Shown piece by piece: positions 1 to 5,243 of a stretch of 5,243 bases of DNA; within the stretch, counting starts at the first letter, position 1, and every line of letters begins with the position of its first letter. The position numbers and the translations under genes are program-made. The notes beneath the pieces were generated by a model, which had not been told where the DNA came from, did not search any database, and worked only from the letters and a program-made list of their open reading frames with translations. Origin of the DNA: a virus (taxonomy: Duplodnaviria; Heunggongvirae; Uroviricota; Caudoviricetes); IMG/VR virus record IMGVR_UViG_2671180556_000001, positions 1 to 5,243 of that record. The stretch is one strand, 5' to 3'.

Positions 1-123
1 AAGGCCAGCATGACTGAGCTTATCGAAATCATGTTCTGGTTCGGCTCAGAGCGCAACGTGCGGTGGAGTGATGACTCCTGGCGAGAGTATGAATGGTCAC
101 AACGAAAAGGGAGAGCTGCATGA
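1..123 (+). CDS. 3' end of an upstream gene, truncated by the window edge (frame 1 reads ...[37 protein letters not shown]); possibly ninB-like by position
   Basis: Frame 1 is open from position 1 to a TGA at 121-123, which overlaps the next gene's ATG at 120-122 (ATGA junction). The ninB assignment rests only on typical nin-region gene order, not on recognised sequence. Confidence 0.4.
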   Translation, partial: KASMTELIEIMFWFGSERNVRWSDDSWREYEWSQRKGRAA

Positions 124-647
124 CTATCAAATCAAATACGCCATCACACGACAAGGACTGCTGGCAAACGCCGCTTTGGCTTTTTGATGCACTGGATATT
201 GAGTTTGGATTCTGGCTGGATTCAGCTGCGAGCGACAAAAATGCTCTGTGCGCTCACTGGCTAACTGAGGCCGACGACGCGCTAAATTCTGAGTGGATAA
301 GCCACGGTGCAATCTGGAATAACCCACCGTACAGCAATATCAGGCCGTGGGTGGAAAAAGCCGCTGAGCAGTGCATACAACAGCGACAGACGGTAGTTAT
401 GCTTGTGCCAGAGGATATGTCAGTCGGATGGTTCAGCAAGGCTCTGGAGAGTGTCGACGAAGTTCGCATTATCACTGATGGACGGATTAATTTTATCGAA
501 CCATCGACAGGGCTGGAGAAGAAGGGAAACAGCAAAGGCTCCATGCTGCTGATTTGGCGACCGTTCATCAGTCCTCGACGAATGTTTACTACTGTATCCA
601 AAGCGGCATTGATGGCGATCGGGCAGGGCGTCAGGATGGCGGCATGA
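120..647 (+). CDS. Phage DNA N6-adenine methyltransferase (Dam-type orphan methyltransferase)
   Basis: The translation contains the catalytic NPPY motif (IWNNPPYSN) typical of N6-adenine methyltransferases, and the overall size fits the small phage Dam family. A GGGAGAG Shine-Dalgarno lies 6-7 nt upstream of the ATG at 120; the track's in-frame ATG at 93 lacks an RBS, so 120 is preferred. Stop is TGA at 645-647. Confidence 0.8.
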   Translation: MTIKSNTPSHDKDCWQTPLWLFDALDIEFGFWLDSAASDKNALCAHWLTEADDALNSEWISHGAIWNNPPYSNIRPWVEKAAEQCIQQRQTVVMLVPEDMSVGWFSKALESVDEVRIITDGRINFIEPSTGLEKKGNSKGSMLLIWRPFISPRRMFTTVSKAALMAIGQGVRMAA

Positions 648-826
648 GGCGACAGCGAAGAAGTATCACCGACATCATCTGCGAAAACTGCAAATACCTT
701 CCAACGAAACGCTCCAGAAATAAACGCAAGCCAATCCCAAAAGAATCTGACGTAAAAACCTTCAACTACACGGCTCACCTGTGGGATATCCGGTGGCTAA
801 GACATCGTGCGAGGAAAACAAGGTGA
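644..826 (+). CDS. ninE: NinE protein (60 aa, lambda nin region)
   Basis: The ATG at 644-646 overlaps the methyltransferase stop (ATGA). The product [60 protein letters not shown] matches my recollection of lambda-family NinE. The track ORF 554..826 is the same frame with a spurious N-terminal extension. Confidence 0.75.
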   Translation: MRRQRRSITDIICENCKYLPTKRSRNKRKPIPKESDVKTFNYTAHLWDIRWLRHRARKTR

Positions 827-916
827 TTGACGCGATGATTTATTCGGGGCTATATTCCTCACGCGCCAGCAAAATCTGGCGTCGGGATTAGCACCCCGGA
901 TATCGAAACGGTGCAT

Positions 917-937
917 AACCGCGCTGGCGGTTTTTTT
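917..937 (+). terminator. Candidate rho-independent terminator downstream of ninE
   Basis: Perfect 6-bp stem AACCGC (917-922) / GCGGTT (927-932) with a 4-nt loop GCTG, followed by a T run through 937. Confidence 0.5.
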
Positions 938-1101
938 ATGCGCTAAGCACAGTCACATTCGCGATTTATGGCGGGCTGTGTGGGGGAGCCGAAAGGCTCG
1001 CCGGATGTTTCGACCGGTAGTGCTAACCCCGCACAGTTCGCCACCACGATGATTAGCACCTGACGGTGGCGAGGTAAAAATTATCGAAACGCGAGGTCAT
1101 T

Positions 1102-1779
1102 ATGGCTGTTCAAATTTCTGTCGAAAACCTTTCCCCTGTTACCTATAACCAGATCCCCGTAATTACTACTGAACTGTTGGCTCACCTTTACGGAACAAAA
1201 ATCAAAAACATTTCTGATAACTTTCTGAACAACACGACGCGATTCATGCCCGGAAAGCATTACTTTAAAATTGAAAAAAACGAATTACGCGAGTTTAAGA
1301 ACAGACCCGAAACAATCGGGTTAGTTGGTAAAAATGCCCGCTCCCTCATCCTCTGGACAGAACGCGGCGCAGCCCGTCACGCAAAAATGCTCGAAACCGA
1401 TCAGGCGTGGGATGTGTTCGAAAAACTGGAAGACTGCTATTTCAGCCAGTGCGAGAAAAATACTGGCAAACAAGAGAAGAAGCTCAACGGGCTTTCCGCA
1501 AAAGAAACAGACAGCCTTGTATGGCTGTGGGATTATGCCAACCGCTCACAGGCATTGTTCCGTGAGTTGTATCCCGCATTAAAACTGATTCAGTCTGGCT
1601 ATTCCGGCATATGCCACGACTACGGCTATGAGTTCTCGTATATCATCGGGAGGGCGAGAGACGTTTTAATCAATCACACACGAGATGTTGATATTAATGA
1701 GCCAGACGGACCAACGAATCTTTCCGCATGGGTAAGGCTTAAGAACAAAGAATTACCTCCTTCACTACATCGCTACTGA
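1102..1779 (+). CDS. ORF6N/KilA-N-like domain protein (putative phage DNA-binding regulatory protein)
   Basis: 225-aa ORF with a GAGGT Shine-Dalgarno 5 nt upstream of the ATG. The N-terminal region ([16 protein letters not shown] ... [14 protein letters not shown]) resembles the ORF6N domain signature as I recall it. The C-terminal half is unassigned. Confidence 0.65.
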   Translation: MAVQISVENLSPVTYNQIPVITTELLAHLYGTKIKNISDNFLNNTTRFMPGKHYFKIEKNELREFKNRPETIGLVGKNARSLILWTERGAARHAKMLETDQAWDVFEKLEDCYFSQCEKNTGKQEKKLNGLSAKETDSLVWLWDYANRSQALFRELYPALKLIQSGYSGICHDYGYEFSYIIGRARDVLINHTRDVDINEPDGPTNLSAWVRLKNKELPPSLHRY

Positions 1780-1796
1780 CAATTGACAACTTAACA

Positions 1797-1820
1797 AACC
1801 CAGCTTCGGCTGGGTTTTTT
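1797..1820 (+). terminator. Candidate rho-independent terminator after the ORF6N gene
   Basis: 8-bp stem AACCCAGC (1797-1804) / GCTGGGTT (1809-1816) with a TTCG tetraloop, running into a T tract that ends at 1820. Confidence 0.6.
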
Positions 1821-1853
1821 ATTGGTGAATTTTCAATATGAGAGGACATGACA

Positions 1854-2576
1854 ATGAACGAGCTGATAAATAGCAACGTCATCAAAATGACCAGCATTGA
1901 AATCTCTGAGCTTACAGGTAAGCGTCATGACAATGTGAAACGTACTATCGAAATGCTGGCTAAAAATGGTGTTATCCGACATCCTCAAATTGAGGATTGT
2001 GGAAGAATCAATGGGTTAGGCTTAAATCAAAGTTTTCGTGTGTATGTATTCGAAGGCGAACAAGGTAAGCGAGACAGCATTATTGTCGTTGCCCAGTTGT
2101 CGCCGGAATTCACCGCTCGTCTTGTTGACCGTTGGCGAGAGCTTGAAGACGCTGCGGTTAATATCCCCAAAACTCTACCAGAAGCGTTGCGCCTTGCTGC
2201 TGATCTTGCTGAGCAGAAAATGCAACTGGAAAACCAGCTCGCAATTGCCGCACCTAAAGTTGAGTTTGCCGATCGCGTTGGCGAGGCCAGTGGAATTTTG
2301 ATTGGAAACTATGCAAAGGTTGTTGGTATTGGTCCAAACAAACTGTTTGCGTGGATGCGCGAACACAAAATCCTTATTGCTTCAGGTTCCCGGCGCAATG
2401 TGCCAATGCAGGAATATATGGATCGCGGCTATTTCACAGTGAAAGAAACAGCGGTCAATACAAATCACGGAATACAGATATCGTTCACCACAAAAATCAC
2501 CGGGCGTGGTCAACAGTGGCTGACCAGAAAGCTGCTCGATAACGGAATGCTGAAAGTAACAGGGGAGGCTGCTTAA
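1854..2576 (+). CDS. Phage antirepressor-family protein (N-terminal Rha regulatory domain, C-terminal KilAC/Ant domain)
   Basis: The N-terminus carries the Rha-family motif ([22 protein letters not shown]) and the C-terminal half resembles antirepressor KilA-C domains ([14 protein letters not shown]...). GAGAGGA at 1840-1846 sits 7 nt before the ATG at 1854, whereas the track's ATG at 1848 is only 1 nt from it, so 1854 is preferred. Stop is TAA at 2574-2576. Confidence 0.8.
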   Translation: MNELINSNVIKMTSIEISELTGKRHDNVKRTIEMLAKNGVIRHPQIEDCGRINGLGLNQSFRVYVFEGEQGKRDSIIVVAQLSPEFTARLVDRWRELEDAAVNIPKTLPEALRLAADLAEQKMQLENQLAIAAPKVEFADRVGEASGILIGNYAKVVGIGPNKLFAWMREHKILIASGSRRNVPMQEYMDRGYFTVKETAVNTNHGIQISFTTKITGRGQQWLTRKLLDNGMLKVTGEAA

Positions 2577-3181
2577 TGGCTAAACCAGCGCGAAGGAAAT
2601 GCAAAATATGCAAGGAATGGTTTCACCCGGCATTCTCAAATCAGTGGTGGTGCTGCCCGGAACACGGAACTCAATTAGCACTCGAACGACGAAGTAAAGA
2701 ACGCGAAAAAGCGGAAAAAGCAGCAGAGAAGAAACGACGACGAGAGGAGCAGAAACAGAAAGATAAACTGAAGATTCGAAAACTCGCCTTAAAGCCCCGC
2801 AGTTACTGGATTAAACAAGCCCAACAAGCCGTAAACGCCTTCGTCAGAGAAAGAGACCGCGACTTACCATGTATCTCGTGCGGAACGCTCACGTCTGCTC
2901 AGTGGGATGCCGGACATTACCGGACAACTGCTGCGGCACCTCAACTCCGATTTGATGAACGCAATATTCACAAGCAATGCGTGGTGTGCAACCAGCACAA
3001 AAGCGGAAATCTCGTTCCGTATCGCGTCGAACTGATTAACCGCATCGGGCAGGAAGCAGTAGACGAAATCGAATCAAACCATAACCGCCATCGCTGGACT
3101 GCCGAAGAGTGCAAGACCATCAAGGCGGAGTATCAACAGAAACTTAAAAAACTGCGAAATAGCAGAAGTGAGGCTGCATGA
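2576..3181 (+). CDS. ninG: NinG (Rap) recombination protein, a Cys-rich structure-specific endonuclease family
   Basis: 201-aa product with Cys clusters ([10 protein letters not shown]...WCCPEHG; CISCG...[11 protein letters not shown]) and a basic Lys/Arg-rich linker, matching lambda NinG in size and features. The start overlaps the previous stop (TAATG) and is preceded by AGGGGAGG. Confidence 0.8.
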   Translation: MAKPARRKCKICKEWFHPAFSNQWWCCPEHGTQLALERRSKEREKAEKAAEKKRRREEQKQKDKLKIRKLALKPRSYWIKQAQQAVNAFVRERDRDLPCISCGTLTSAQWDAGHYRTTAAAPQLRFDERNIHKQCVVCNQHKSGNLVPYRVELINRIGQEAVDEIESNHNRHRWTAEECKTIKAEYQQKLKKLRNSRSEAA

Positions 3182-3849
3182 ATATCTACGAAAGAATTGA
3201 TGGCAGCAAATACCGAAATATTTGGGTAGTTGGCGATCTGCACGGATGCTACACGAACCTGATGAACAAACTGGATACGATAGGATTCGACAACAAAAAA
3301 GACCTGCTCATCTCGGTTGGCGATTTGGTTGATCGCGGTACAGAGAACGTCGAATGTCTGGAATTAATCACATTCCCCTGGTTCAGAGCTGTACGTGGAA
3401 ACCATGAGCAAATGATGATTGATGGCTTATCAGAGCGTGGAAACGTTAATCACTGGCTGCTTAATGGCGGTGGCTGGTTCTTCAATCTCGATTACGACAA
3501 AGAGATTCTGGCTAAAGCTCTTGCCCATAAAGCAGAAGAACTTCCGTTAATCATCGAACTGGTGAGCAAAGATAAAAAATATGTCATTTGCCACGCCGAT
3601 TATCCTTGTAACGAATACGAATTTGGAAAGCCAGTTGATCCTCTGCAGGTAATCTGGAACCGCGAACGAATCGGCAACTCACAAGACGGGATCGTGAAAG
3701 AAATTAAAGGCGCGGACACGTTCATCTTTGGTCATACGCCAGCAGTGAAACCACTCAAATTTGCCAACCAGATGTATATCGATACCGGCGCAGTGTTCTG
3801 CGGAAACCTCACATTGATTCAGGTACAGGGAGAAGGCGCGTGGGCATAA
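3178..3849 (+). CDS. Serine/threonine protein phosphatase (lambda phosphatase-like metallophosphoesterase)
   Basis: Metallophosphatase signature motifs are visible: GDLHG, GDLVDRG and GNHE. The N-terminal sequence ([35 protein letters not shown]) is close to lambda protein phosphatase as I recall it. The ATG overlaps the ninG stop (ATGA). Confidence 0.9.
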   Translation: MNIYERIDGSKYRNIWVVGDLHGCYTNLMNKLDTIGFDNKKDLLISVGDLVDRGTENVECLELITFPWFRAVRGNHEQMMIDGLSERGNVNHWLLNGGGWFFNLDYDKEILAKALAHKAEELPLIIELVSKDKKYVICHADYPCNEYEFGKPVDPLQVIWNRERIGNSQDGIVKEIKGADTFIFGHTPAVKPLKFANQMYIDTGAVFCGNLTLIQVQGEGAWA

Positions 3850-4328
3850 GAGAACTAAACCTCACCAAAGAACAGCACGAGTGGCTGAATGGCTGGCTTG
3901 AACTGTGGGGCGCATGGGTTTATTCAGGTCGTCTGGAAAAGCGCATGAGCAGCGTAATAGCGAAGTTCATGGAGAGCGTAGAGCCGGGAAGAGTTATGAC
4001 AAGGCCAATGTGTAATGATGATGATGGAATGTTGATTTCTCAGGTCGTCGATTCCGTCATGTACATTGACAAGAAAGCCTTCGGCATCCTCCTCAGCTAC
4101 TACGCTCATGGTTCTTCCAGGCACGCCATTGCATCTTACTATCATCGCGTCGCAAGACCTCGCAAGATGTTATGCCGGGGCGGCGGGCGCATTCAAAAAC
4201 CATCGCTCGCAACCTGTCGACGGGAAGTTGACGAAATCCTTAATGCCTCGTTGTTTATGATTTACCCGGTTCTGGATAGTGCGTTTAAAAACCGGAAACG
4301 TGTAGAGAAAATTAAACATGTAGCATAG
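3840..4328 (+). CDS. Q: Late-gene antitermination protein Q (non-lambda Q family, phage 82/21/Stx-phage type)
   Basis: The product carries the N-terminal LWGAWV motif that I recall from the small Q antiterminator family, and the gene sits directly upstream of a candidate late promoter. GGGAGAAGG at 3828-3836 precedes a GTG start at 3840, overlapping the phosphatase 3' end by 10 nt. The start is uncertain; the next in-frame ATG is at 3945. Confidence 0.7.
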   Translation: MGIRELNLTKEQHEWLNGWLELWGAWVYSGRLEKRMSSVIAKFMESVEPGRVMTRPMCNDDDGMLISQVVDSVMYIDKKAFGILLSYYAHGSSRHAIASYYHRVARPRKMLCRGGGRIQKPSLATCRREVDEILNASLFMIYPVLDSAFKNRKRVEKIKHVA

Positions 4329-4330
4329 AA

Positions 4331-4373
4331 CGTGTTGACATCATTGAGCAAATGAGCAACACTATTGGCATAA
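4331..4373 (+). promoter_or_regulatory. Candidate Q-dependent late promoter (pR'-like) and Q-engagement region
   Basis: A consensus -35 hexamer TTGACA lies at 4335-4340, just after the Q stop. I could not place a convincing -10 hexamer at 16-18 bp spacing (TATTGG at 4363-4368 and TAAGCT at 4371-4376 are at non-canonical spacing). The call rests on position plus the -35 match. Confidence 0.35.
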
Positions 4374-4418
4374 GCTGCCGTTAGTGACTCTTAAGTTGCA
4401 ACGGTGGCTTTTTTATTT
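4374..4418 (+). terminator. Candidate tR'-like intrinsic terminator
   Basis: 9-bp stem GCTGCCGTT (4374-4382) / AACGGTGGC (4400-4408) including two G-U pairs, a large 17-nt loop, then TTTTTTATTT (4409-4418). Confidence 0.45.
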
Positions 4419-4493
4419 GGGTCAGTCGTATAAAGGTCATTACGGAAGGCTGTTAACCTTCTTATCGTGGTTCGAGTCCACGCTGTCCCGCCA
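4419..4493 (+). tRNA. tRNA-Asn(GUU)-like gene, 75 nt including encoded CCA
   Basis: Manual cloverleaf: acceptor GGGTCAG/CTGTCCC (one T-T mismatch at pair 4-69), U8, D arm GTAT-AAAGGTCA-TTAC with G18/G19, perfect anticodon stem GAAGG/CCTTC with loop CTGTTAA (anticodon GTT), T arm CGTGG-TTCGAGT-CCACG, discriminator G, CCA. The anticodon loop and T loop resemble E. coli tRNA-Asn as I recall it. Confidence 0.55.
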
Positions 4494-4498
4494 AACAT

Positions 4499-4574
4499 GC
4501 TGGTTTAGCTCCAATGGTAGAGCAACTGACTTGTAATCATCAGGTCGCCAGTTCGATTCCGGTAGCCGGCACCA
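4499..4574 (+). tRNA. tRNA-Thr(UGU)-like gene with imperfect stems, 76 nt including CCA; possibly divergent or a pseudo-tRNA
   Basis: Acceptor GCTGGTT/AGCCGGC (7 pairs, two G-U), U8, canonical D arm GCTC-CAATGGTA-GAGC, anticodon loop CTTGTAA (anticodon TGT), T loop TTCGATT, discriminator A, CCA. The anticodon stem (ACTGA/TCATC) has only 3 Watson-Crick pairs and the T stem (GCCAG/CCGGT) has one A-C mismatch. Confidence 0.5.
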
Positions 4575-4577
4575 TAT

Positions 4578-4652
4578 GCGGGTACCGTATAATGGCTATT
4601 ACCTCAGCCTTCCAGGCTGATGATGCGGGTTCGATTCCCGCTACCCGCTCCA
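4578..4652 (+). tRNA. tRNA-Gly(UCC), glyT-like, 75 nt including CCA
   Basis: Perfect 7-bp acceptor GCGGGTA/TACCCGC, D arm GTAT-AATGGCTA-TTAC, perfect anticodon stem TCAGC/GCTGA with loop CTTCCAG (anticodon TCC), perfect T arm GCGGG-TTCGATT-CCCGC, discriminator T, CCA. The sequence is nearly identical to enterobacterial tRNA-Gly2 (glyT) as I recall it. Confidence 0.8.
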
Positions 4653-4665
4653 GATTTATTATCAG

Positions 4666-4688
4666 GCTCGCTTCGGCGGGCTTTTTTT
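4666..4688 (+). terminator. Rho-independent terminator after the tRNA cluster
   Basis: 6-bp stem GCTCGC (4666-4671) / GCGGGC (4676-4681) with one G-U pair and a TTCG tetraloop, followed by seven T (4682-4688). Confidence 0.6.
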
Positions 4689-4740
4689 GTATCTGCGTTA
4701 CACCATTAACTAATAAATCGAGTGCTTATCAGGAGGCTAT

Positions 4741-4965
4741 GTGAAAAAGCTGATGGTGACGATTGGTCCGTTCGAAACAGAAGTTAGTTTTCGTGTCGTT
4801 CAGGGGGAGAGTGTACTTGTTGAAGATGTATTTCATGGAAAATCAACAGGTCCTTATGTAAAAGAATATTTTGTCGACGCCACGGATGAAAATATTGAGG
4901 TGGTGTACGATTCCGTCAATCACCCTAATTTGATCATTAAGGCAAAATTGAAACCACTTTATTGA
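4741..4965 (+). CDS. Hypothetical small protein (74 aa), unknown function, in the cargo position downstream of the late promoter
   Basis: ORF with AGGAGG at 4731-4736 and a GTG start at 4741 (short 4-nt spacer); stop TGA at 4963-4965. I recognise no motif in the product. Confidence 0.5.
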   Translation: MKKLMVTIGPFETEVSFRVVQGESVLVEDVFHGKSTGPYVKEYFVDATDENIEVVYDSVNHPNLIIKAKLKPLY

Positions 4966-5017
4966 TCTGAGCGGGAGCAATCATAAAATATCTCTGGGTA
5001 CCCATAAGGAGATAAAT

Positions 5018-5227
5018 ATGTTTGTTGCTGAAGGGGTAATGGAAGATAAGGACAACAAAGGATGTGTTAAAGGTTGGGCTGTGGTAAGAAACTCGCCATG
5101 GCATCTTGTTGGGGTTTTTGCGACAGAGGAAGACGCGGAAATGGAAGCAAGAAAGACGGGAGATGAGTACGAGGTTCACTATGGCTCGCATCGAACAGGA
5201 AGTGATGATTTTGTCTGGGGGGAGTAA
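5018..5227 (+). CDS. Hypothetical small acidic protein (69 aa), unknown function
   Basis: Strong Shine-Dalgarno AAGGAG 7 nt upstream of the ATG at 5018; stop TAA at 5225-5227. The C-terminus is acidic (EEDAEMEARKTGDEYE). I recognise no confident family. Confidence 0.6.
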   Translation: MFVAEGVMEDKDNKGCVKGWAVVRNSPWHLVGVFATEEDAEMEARKTGDEYEVHYGSHRTGSDDFVWGE

Positions 5228-5243
5228 CAGTCGTTTAACCCCA

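Noticed and set aside
29-778. Reverse-strand ORFs 29..238, 127..327 and 254..778 overlapping the methyltransferase and ninE
   Set aside because: They lie entirely antisense to well-supported + strand genes with recognisable motifs, and have no RBS or recognisable product; treated as shadow ORFs.
554-826. 90-aa ORF starting at 554 (MATVHQ...)
   Set aside because: The first 30 codons overlap the methyltransferase in another frame. The recognisable NinE product begins at the internal ATG at 644, which overlaps the methyltransferase stop.
823-891. Possible 22-codon GTG-initiated ORF immediately after ninE (ninF-like position)
   Set aside because: Too short, no recognisable product and no convincing RBS; cannot be supported from sequence alone.
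1325-1582. 85-aa + strand ORF nested inside the ORF6N gene in another frame
   Set aside because: Alternative-frame ORF inside a longer, better-supported gene; the Pro/Ser/Arg-rich product is typical of an off-frame translation.
2038-2542. ORFs 2038..2301 (+), 2351..2542 (+) and 2175..2366 (-) inside the antirepressor gene
   Set aside because: Nested alternative-frame or antisense ORFs without RBS or motifs.
3924-4260. ORFs 3924..4145 (-) and 4066..4260 (+) inside the Q gene
   Set aside because: Nested within the Q coding frame; no independent support.
4389-4395. Palindromic CTTAAG inside the terminator loop as a possible protein-binding site
   Set aside because: A single 6-bp palindrome is expected by chance in a window of this size.
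4514-4744. 76-aa ORF spanning the tRNA cluster
   Set aside because: It runs straight through two tRNA genes and the downstream terminator; the open frame is an artefact of tRNA sequence.
4937-5191. 84-aa reverse-strand ORF overlapping the 5018..5227 gene
   Set aside because: Antisense to an ORF with a strong AAGGAG RBS; no RBS of its own.
4653-5243. Shiga toxin or another known toxin as late-region cargo
   Set aside because: The Q-promoter-tRNA arrangement resembles Stx phages, but the ORFs downstream are about 70 aa with no A/B toxin features; within this window there is no evidence of stx.
1-5243. CRISPR array, insertion sequence or integrase
   Set aside because: No regularly spaced direct repeats, no terminal inverted repeats flanking a transposase-like ORF, and no recombinase-like ORF were seen.

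Overview
This window reads as the early-right (nin) region through the late promoter of a lambdoid, enterobacterial-type prophage, with every supported gene on the + strand. In order: the 3' end of an upstream gene (possibly ninB), a phage Dam-type N6-adenine methyltransferase, NinE, a 275-bp repeat-rich intergenic region with a terminator, an ORF6N/KilA-N-like protein, a Rha/KilAC antirepressor-family protein, NinG, a lambda-type Ser/Thr phosphatase, the antiterminator Q, a candidate pR'/tR' region, three tightly packed tRNA genes, a terminator, and two small ORFs of unknown function. The tRNA trio is not the Ile/Arg/Arg set I expected for this position; by canonical cloverleaf folding they are Asn(GUU)-like, Thr(UGU)-like and a near-copy of host-type tRNA-Gly(UCC). 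No toxin, CRISPR or insertion sequence was seen. All assignments are from reading motifs and from recalled family sequences; no searches were run.
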